Below, piece after piece: positions 46,829-53,252 of a DNA stretch of 53,252 nucleotides; position 1 is the stretch's first letter, and each line of letters starts with the position of its first letter. The DNA comes from a virus (lineage: Duplodnaviria > Caudoviricetes), in the IMG/VR virus record IMGVR_UViG_3300013132_000065, positions 1 to 53,252 of that record; one strand, given 5' to 3'. A program made the translations under genes and the position numbers. The notes below the pieces were generated by a model. The model saw only the letters and a program-made list of their open reading frames with translations, searched no databases and was not told the DNA's origin.

Positions 46829-49800
46829 ACATTGGATTAGATCATATTGATCGTATTTATCACATTGCTGATGTACATATTCGTAACGTAAAACGACATA
46901 AAGAGTATGAACAGGTCTTTAAAAAGTTATATAGCTATATAAAAAAGACAAAGACAGCAAATTCAGTTATTTATCTAGCCGGCGATATAGTGCATGCCAA
47001 GACTGACATGTCGCCAGAATTAGTGCATCAGGTAGCAGAATTTTTCCGTAAATTAGCTGATATCGCGCCAGTGTTATTGATTACAGGAAATCATGATTGT
47101 AACTTAAATAACTCGAGTCGATTAGATGCCCTATCTCCCATTGTTACAGCCGTAAAACATCCTAATATACACTATCTTAAAGACAACGGTATATACTTGA
47201 TATCAGGTATACACTTTAATGTTATGTCCGTGTTTAACAAGCCATCTGATTATATTAAAGCAGATGATTTTACTGGCGAGTATAAGATTGCATTACATCA
47301 TGGCGCTGTTAATAATGCATCAACAGACGCTGGATTTTCGTTAAGTAACACACATGTAACTACTGAAATTTTTAATGGATATGATATATCACTGCTAGGT
47401 GATATTCATAAAATGCAGTTTTTAAATAATGATAAAACTATAGCATATGCTGGTTCATTAATTCAACAGAATCATGGTGAAGGATTAAAACATGGTATTT
47501 TAGTTTGGGATATTGCAACTCGTACGGCTGAATTTGTAAAAATAGAAAATGTTTTCGGGTATTATACATTTATCGTAGATCAAGGCAAGATTCAAAACCC
47601 GTCTGCAGACGTGCCTAAAAAACCTAGGTTACGTATTAAAGTAACAGACACTGATACGGCTGATTTAAAATCAATTATATCAGAAATAAAGCAGTTATAC
47701 TCGGTGCAGGAAATTGCAATACAAAAAGTAAATGCGCTAAATACATCTAACATACAGCAAAAAATTAATTTTGGTGATGTGAGAGATGTTGAATGGCAAA
47801 ATAACAATATTACTGATTATTTGTCTAACGAGTTAGCTTTAGAAGATGCTACACTAGATGTTGTACGCCATATAAATCGTTTAGTACACTCTAGATTACC
47901 AGAATCTGAGTTAACACGAAATGTTATATGGACACCTAAATATTTTGAATTTTCTAACATGTTTAGTTACGGCGAAAATAATGTCATTAACTTTGATAAT
48001 ATTCATGGAACTAATGGATTATTTGCACCAAACGCTAGCGGTAAGTCTACATTATTAGATGCGTTAGCATTTTGTTGTTTTGATAAATGTAGCCGTACTA
48101 CTAAGGCTATTCATGTATTAAATAACAAAAAATCATCATTTGTATGTAAATTTTGTTTTGACTTAAACGGTAAACATTATGTGATTGAGCGTACTGGCAT
48201 AAAAAATAACAAAGGGCATGTTAAAGTAGATGTTAACTTTTGGCATGAAGAAGCAGATGGAACTATTGAATCATTAAACGGTGACCAGCGTGATAGTACC
48301 AATAAAATTATACGTCAATTTTTAGGTTCATATGAAGACTTCGTGTTAACAGCACTATCATTACAAAACAATAATTCCGGATTTATTGATAAATCACAAC
48401 GCGAACGTAAAGATCTACTGTCACAGTTTTTAGACATTGATATATTTGAATTGCAATATCAAATTGCCGCGGAAGACATACGAGAAACCGCATCAATTAT
48501 CAAAGAGTATAAAAGGCAAGATCATTCATCTATATTAGCCACTAATGAACAATTGATTATGCAGTTAGAAACGCCGTTACAACGTATGCAAGATGAGCGT
48601 GATCAACATATGACAATGTTTAGTGATTTAACAGATATTATTGTAAACTTAACAGGTGAATTAAAATATATAGACGCTGATATTTCTAGCATTGATGACT
48701 TGCGTGTTGAATATGAACAACTGCAATTGCATATAGCATCACTACAAGACACACTGCAACACAAGCAAGATTATCATCATCAAGTAACTACAGAACTAGT
48801 ACAAATAGATAATGACCTTAAAACGTATGATATTCATGAGTTGCAACGATTAGCTAATGAATATGAAAGAGTTGAACTAGAAATAAGCAAAATAAAACAG
48901 GAGCTTGTTTTAGCAGAACGCGTCATTGACCATGCTAACAATATTGTTTCAAAACTAGATAAACATCAATGGGACCCGAACTGCCAGTACTGTATGGCAA
49001 ACCCATGGTTGCAAGAATCTAAAGAAACGGCAGATAAATTACCAAGCCTTATTAAGCAACGTGATGTGTATCGGCAACAATTAACTGATTTAACATCATT
49101 ATTTAATAGACTAGCCGCGGATAAAATATATGATAAGTTAAATGAGTATAGCACGTTACAGACAAAACAGCAACGTGTAGAAAATGATATGCAGCGCGCA
49201 CAAAATGAGATTGATGCAACAGTTAACAAGATTACTGCGCAAGATGAGTTATTGAAAACAGTAATACAACGATTACGAGCTGCAATTGAACGTAAAGATG
49301 ATATTGAATTTAACAAGCGTAAGCGTGAAGAAATCTCGGATGTACGGTCTGAACAAGAGCAGCTTAAGCAGGAAATTGAATTGTTAGATGATAAACTCAT
49401 GACAATATCAGGTAAACTTCAAGTTGCAAAAAATTCACGTGATGAGGCTATTAAATCAATCGCTAGACTAAAAGACTTAGAAATACAATACAAAGGATAT
49501 GAATATTATTTGTTAGCTGTAAAACGTGACGGCGTACCATATCAATTGATTTCTCGAGCATTACCGCAACTTGAGGCTGAGATAAATAATATTTTAAATC
49601 AAATTGTTGATTTTAGTGTTATGTTAGAAACAGATGGTAAAAATATCAATGCATATATTGTATATGATGATAATAACTATTGGCCAATTGAATTGACCTC
49701 CGGAATGGAAAAGTTTATTGCAAGTCTAGCTATTAGGGCATCATTAATTAATATTACTAGTTTACCACGTCCAAATTTCTTAGCAATTGACGAAGGCTTT

Positions 49801-49971
49801 GGTGTATTAGACTCTGATAATCTTAATAGTATGTATTTATTGTTTGATTACTTAAAGTCACAATTCGGATTCATTATGTGTATTTCGCACATTGATGCAA
49901 TGCGAGATGTTGTAGATCGCCTAGTTGAAATCAAAAAAGTAAATGGATATTCGCAAATAAATTATGCTTGA
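46816..49971 (+). CDS. fused Mre11/SbcD nuclease - Rad50/SbcC ATPase (gp47-gp46 fusion)
   Basis: ADVH, GDIVH, GNHD, GDIH; Walker A APNASGKST, hook CQYC, signature TSGME, Walker B AIDEGFG, ISH. Confidence 0.92.
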   Translation: MRTINIGLDHIDRIYHIADVHIRNVKRHKEYEQVFKKLYSYIKKTKTANSVIYLAGDIVHAKTDMSPELVHQVAEFFRKLADIAPVLLITGNHDCNLNNSSRLDALSPIVTAVKHPNIHYLKDNGIYLISGIHFNVMSVFNKPSDYIKADDFTGEYKIALHHGAVNNASTDAGFSLSNTHVTTEIFNGYDISLLGDIHKMQFLNNDKTIAYAGSLIQQNHGEGLKHGILVWDIATRTAEFVKIENVFGYYTFIVDQGKIQNPSADVPKKPRLRIKVTDTDTADLKSIISEIKQLYSVQEIAIQKVNALNTSNIQQKINFGDVRDVEWQNNNITDYLSNELALEDATLDVVRHINRLVHSRLPESELTRNVIWTPKYFEFSNMFSYGENNVINFDNIHGTNGLFAPNASGKSTLLDALAFCCFDKCSRTTKAIHVLNNKKSSFVCKFCFDLNGKHYVIERTGIKNNKGHVKVDVNFWHEEADGTIESLNGDQRDSTNKIIRQFLGSYEDFVLTALSLQNNNSGFIDKSQRERKDLLSQFLDIDIFELQYQIAAEDIRETASIIKEYKRQDHSSILATNEQLIMQLETPLQRMQDERDQHMTMFSDLTDIIVNLTGELKYIDADISSIDDLRVEYEQLQLHIASLQDTLQHKQDYHHQVTTELVQIDNDLKTYDIHELQRLANEYERVELEISKIKQELVLAERVIDHANNIVSKLDKHQWDPNCQYCMANPWLQESKETADKLPSLIKQRDVYRQQLTDLTSLFNRLAADKIYDKLNEYSTLQTKQQRVENDMQRAQNEIDATVNKITAQDELLKTVIQRLRAAIERKDDIEFNKRKREEISDVRSEQEQLKQEIELLDDKLMTISGKLQVAKNSRDEAIKSIARLKDLEIQYKGYEYYLLAVKRDGVPYQLISRALPQLEAEINNILNQIVDFSVMLETDGKNINAYIVYDDNNYWPIELTSGMEKFIASLAIRASLINITSLPRPNFLAIDEGFGVLDSDNLNSMYLLFDYLKSQFGFIMCISHIDAMRDVVDRLVEIKKVNGYSQINYA

Positions 49972-49999
49972 TATTTATTATAAATACCAGGAATAATGA

Positions 50000-52900
50000 A
50001 TGTCAGAATATACGTTCCGCGAACGGGCAGTACGGCCTAAAGTAGCATATATAGGTTATAAAGATTATTCTTATGATGTACAGGATGATAGCTTAACATC
50101 ATCGGACTATTTTGAGATAGTTGAGTTTCCTAGCAAATTAACGGCTGGAAAGAACTTAATTAAGTTAAGAGGTAATCGTGAGAATTTAGTAGATAATAGT
50201 AATATCAATGTTGAGATATTAGATTATAACAACGATCCTGTCTTTTATAAGCCTATAACATATGTAGAACGTGACGGCACACGCGTTATTGCAATTTACA
50301 TTTATCCAGAAACTGCTCCGGGCCCAGCACGTATATTTTTAACAGGCCGGGCATTACGAGATTTAAATGGCCGCCAATTACGATTTAGCCAAGATTATAA
50401 CGACCCGGACTTTTTAAACAAACCAAATTTAATTTGGGCACGTTCAATTGCAATTGCACCGAACGAACCTAATAGTACAGAAATAATATTTGTACGTCAG
50501 CCAAAAGTAACTATTACAGAGTCTGTACAACCGTATTTACAGCCGGTTACTACAAACAATGTTTTTACTAAAAAATTAGCAACAGGTATTGCATCTAATT
50601 TATCACAAGGATTTGGATATCAAACTGCTGCTCCGGTTAGTACATTATTACCAATTGCACCCGCATCATTAACAAATGATGGCAATAATATTACACAGCC
50701 TATAGTTTCGGCGAATGTTTTTACTAGCAATATTAATGTCGGTGATACTATTGAAACATCTGGTGCAACAGTTACTAGTAGTCCAACTTCTATAGTAGTT
50801 GGATCTGGTATTAACTTTTCATTAAGCCCTACATCTACTAGCACCGAGCAGTTTAAATTTTCATCATCCATGGCTAATGGCGTTTTAGTTATTACTAATC
50901 CATTAGTTCAAGCCGATCCGAATGCATATGTATTTGGTACCGTACAAAACGGCTTTGATGTTGCAGTACCAATTGGTGTGAGTGTTGTACCAACCAAGAT
51001 GGTACAAGTAAACAGCAGCGGCCAGGTACGTTTATATGGCACGTGGACTTTTGGTATCAAATCTATAACAAATGCTACGACAGCACGTGTTGTGCAAATT
51101 GATGGGTACACTAGCAATAACTTTAATACCAATGATGTGCCATTATGGCGATTCCGAGGCGGAAATGCAACACAAACCTCCGGCTTCCCTAATATGAATA
51201 CAGAAGCGGCATTTACCGCCGGCGGCTACGGAGTTATATCTAACAGAATTTTATCTGCTAATAATTTTACGGCTAGTTTTATTGAACCATATGTAGTAAC
51301 ACAAACAGAAAATTCAGCGTCATTTGCAGATATAATATTATCGGATATAGAGCCCGAAACAGGCGATGTGTTTAAAATAAAGACATTGTATAAGCCATCC
51401 GGTATGTTTGGTGATTTTATTGATCTAGGTGATTCTATTTTAGAAGAACAAGAGTTATTGATTGATACTCAGTCATTTGAGACTAATGTTACGGTAGGCG
51501 CTGCTTATGAGCATTATGGCCGATTTGAATCTTTGTCAGAAATCAATCAGTATTGGGAAGTATACAAACAAAGTGAAATAGGCGTATATGGCACTTTATA
51601 TGAATTAAATTTAGTGTTATTTAATTTTAGAACAACAGATCTGTTTTATGATTCTGAAAATTTACTCGGAGGTACAAAATTAAATTTTGAAGGTTCGATA
51701 ACCGCGCCAAATATTAATTCATACTTATTAAATCAAGGTACATTATTTAGAATAAAGTCAGCATATCAACCAAAACTATATGCTAATACAACATATAAAG
51801 TTAGAGCAAAATTATTACTTCATAGCACGGATTCATTATCAGTTGATCCTAGGATACCATTTCCACGGCTAGATGTTTATATATCAGGTTCTCAGCCGAC
51901 ATTGTTATCAGAAAATATTATTGTAAATGGCAATGCCTTTTTACCAAACAATTGGCAAGAAACTTTAACAGGTGATTTTGCAAATCGTTCTATAGCCGGA
52001 TACCATTTAGGTACTGTAACATGTGCCCCAGTCATAAATACGCGTGTTGATATAGAATTTGTTTTTCAAGTCAATGAAGATGTGCCTAAAGCCAATATTG
52101 GATTTATGTTAAGATCTGGCGATTGGACTATAGCTGATATAGAACTTAAATCATATAAAGAATCTGGATTTTCACCAAATTATGTGCGTATTGGTAAACG
52201 CGTGCCGACAGAACACTTAAAGACGCCACTTACATTTAAGTTTCAATATTATGATTATACGGGTAGGCTAGCTAACCAACAAACTGCAGCATACGGCGTC
52301 GTTTTTCAAGGCGATAATTTTTATATCGATGGTGTTAATAATATTTTAACGGGTTCATTGTTTTTAGGTAATACAATTGGCACTGGCGTTGAAATGGCCG
52401 GCGTAAATTCTGCATTTATACGGTCTGTAGGATATTACGGATATTCTGCATCATTAGCAACGGGTAATGGTAAAAATGGAGGATTTTTAATTTATAGTGG
52501 CTCTGTATTACCGCAAGAAAAAAATAAATTTTCCGGCAATACGTATAAAGGTGTTGGTATGGAACTTGTATCAGATGATGATTCAGGCCATTTAATATTT
52601 CATACCAATCCATCTATTCTAGACATTAAAGCACGATCATTTTTCATTGGTAACACTAATGCGCAATTTATATCAGGTGCAAATTCTAATATAGAAATTT
52701 CATCATCATTATTTCATTTAGACCCTGTTAACAATAGGCTAGTAATAGGTGCCGATGCTGTTATTAATGCAACACTAACGACGGATGAAATTATAACACC
52801 CGCGACTATCGCCGGCGCACCTAGTACAGTTGCAAACGCATCATCATCTATATTATCTAACGGATATGCTAAATTTGTATCTGCTTCAATAGGTGGCTTT

Positions 52901-53252
52901 AATGTAACGCCGTCGCAAATAAGATCTACAAATAATAATGTCGTGTTACGGTCAAACGGACAGATCACAGGCTCTGAATTAAAATTAACACGTACCGTCA
53001 ACGGCACACCTTACACATATGTGGATACGGTTGCGGGTGTAGCAGACTTTTCAAATGTTGGTAGAGTTTTATATGTACCAACATCTATGGGACATTTTAG
53101 TGGCAGTACTGCGGTAGACATGGCCAGCGGGTTTAAAACATTAGAATTATCAACACAGCCTAATATAACAGGTTCTGTGTATTTTATACCATTAGTCGGT
53201 GAAAGTAAACTATCAATATCATTTAATTGGCGATTAGGCATGACTGACATTA
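50000..53252 (+). CDS. large virion/tail-fibre-like protein, truncated by the window end (not in ORF track)
   Basis: ATG at 50000 (MSEYTFRERAVRPK...SDYFEIVEFPSKLTAGKNLIKL); no stop seen in the portions translated; S/T/G/N-rich; ATATTTAT at 49971. Confidence 0.75.
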   Translation, partial: MSEYTFRERAVRPKVAYIGYKDYSYDVQDDSLTSSDYFEIVEFPSKLTAGKNLIKLRGNRENLVDNSNINVEILDYNNDPVFYKPITYVERDGTRVIAIYIYPETAPGPARIFLTGRALRDLNGRQLRFSQDYNDPDFLNKPNLIWARSIAIAPNEPNSTEIIFVRQPKVTITESVQPYLQPVTTNNVFTKKLATGIASNLSQGFGYQTAAPVSTLLPIAPASLTNDGNNITQPIVSANVFTSNINVGDTIETSGATVTSSPTSIVVGSGINFSLSPTSTSTEQFKFSSSMANGVLVITNPLVQADPNAYVFGTVQNGFDVAVPIGVSVVPTKMVQVNSSGQVRLYGTWTFGIKSITNATTARVVQIDGYTSNNFNTNDVPLWRFRGGNATQTSGFPNMNTEAAFTAGGYGVISNRILSANNFTASFIEPYVVTQTENSASFADIILSDIEPETGDVFKIKTLYKPSGMFGDFIDLGDSILEEQELLIDTQSFETNVTVGAAYEHYGRFESLSEINQYWEVYKQSEIGVYGTLYELNLVLFNFRTTDLFYDSENLLGGTKLNFEGSITAPNINSYLLNQGTLFRIKSAYQPKLYANTTYKVRAKLLLHSTDSLSVDPRIPFPRLDVYISGSQPTLLSENIIVNGNAFLPNNWQETLTGDFANRSIAGYHLGTVTCAPVINTRVDIEFVFQVNEDVPKANIGFMLRSGDWTIADIELKSYKESGFSPNYVRIGKRVPTEHLKTPLTFKFQYYDYTGRLANQQTAAYGVVFQGDNFYIDGVNNILTGSLFLGNTIGTGVEMAGVNSAFIRSVGYYGYSASLATGNGKNGGFLIYSGSVLPQEKNKFSGNTYKGVGMELVSDDDSGHLIFHTNPSILDIKARSFFIGNTNAQFISGANSNIEISSSLFHLDPVNNRLVIGADAVINATLTTDEIITPATIAGAPSTVANASSSILSNGYAKFVSASIGGFNVTPSQIRSTNNNVVLRSNGQITGSELKLTRTVNGTPYTYVDTVAGVADFSNVGRVLYVPTSMGHFSGSTAVDMASGFKTLELSTQPNITGSVYFIPLVGESKLSISFNWRLGMTDI

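Noticed and set aside
1605-53250. Minus-strand and nested ORFs in the track (e.g. 1605-2279, 18982-19629, 48966-49400, 50620-53250)
   Set aside because: They are antisense or off-frame shadows of well-supported + strand genes and have no motifs. Only 5450-6202 is a credible minus-strand gene.
1-53252. Stop-codon reassignment, as in some large Bacteroidota phages
   Set aside because: Long conserved genes are intact in the standard code, coding density is high, and TGA terminates several genes cleanly.
1-53252. tRNA, rRNA, introns, inteins, integrase or transposase
   Set aside because: No cloverleaf with a T-loop motif was recognised in the intergenic gaps, and no splicing or recombinase motifs were seen. 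A tRNAscan/Infernal run would be needed to exclude them formally.

Overview
This window is part of a large, AT-rich myovirus-type (T4-superfamily-like or jumbo) phage genome. It uses the standard genetic code, and almost all genes are on the + strand. A Bacteroidota host is inferred from TTTG-N20-TAnnTTT(G/A) promoters, Hc1-like and DUF4494-like genes, a lipoprotein and a T9SS-like C-terminal tail. From left to right: amidase endolysin, beta-helix lipoprotein, host-type promoter cluster with an AAA ATPase, and a palindrome-rich non-coding stretch (4.4-4.8 kb). Next comes a 9 kb cassette array (4.8-13.7 kb), three secreted dockerin-like proteins (two are M43 metalloproteases), and many small accessory genes (SWIM finger, Hc1, methyltransferase, Hsp20, UvsE, ClpP, HD hydrolase). 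The right part holds a gp55-like late sigma factor, a baseplate/tail module (30-45 kb), T7-type endonuclease I, primase, an Mre11-Rad50 fusion and a large structural gene cut by the window end. The best candidate for a new system is the 4.8-13.7 kb array. It has six diverged R-S-E class ADP-ribosyltransferase-like genes and a ParB/Srx-like gene, all starting with a shared MIxLxxLLxE peptide that resembles the T4 capsid-targeting sequence. They are interspersed with small proteins carrying an 'IIREE' motif. This suggests a virion-packaged, injected effector set. All calls come from motifs read by eye; no database searches were run.
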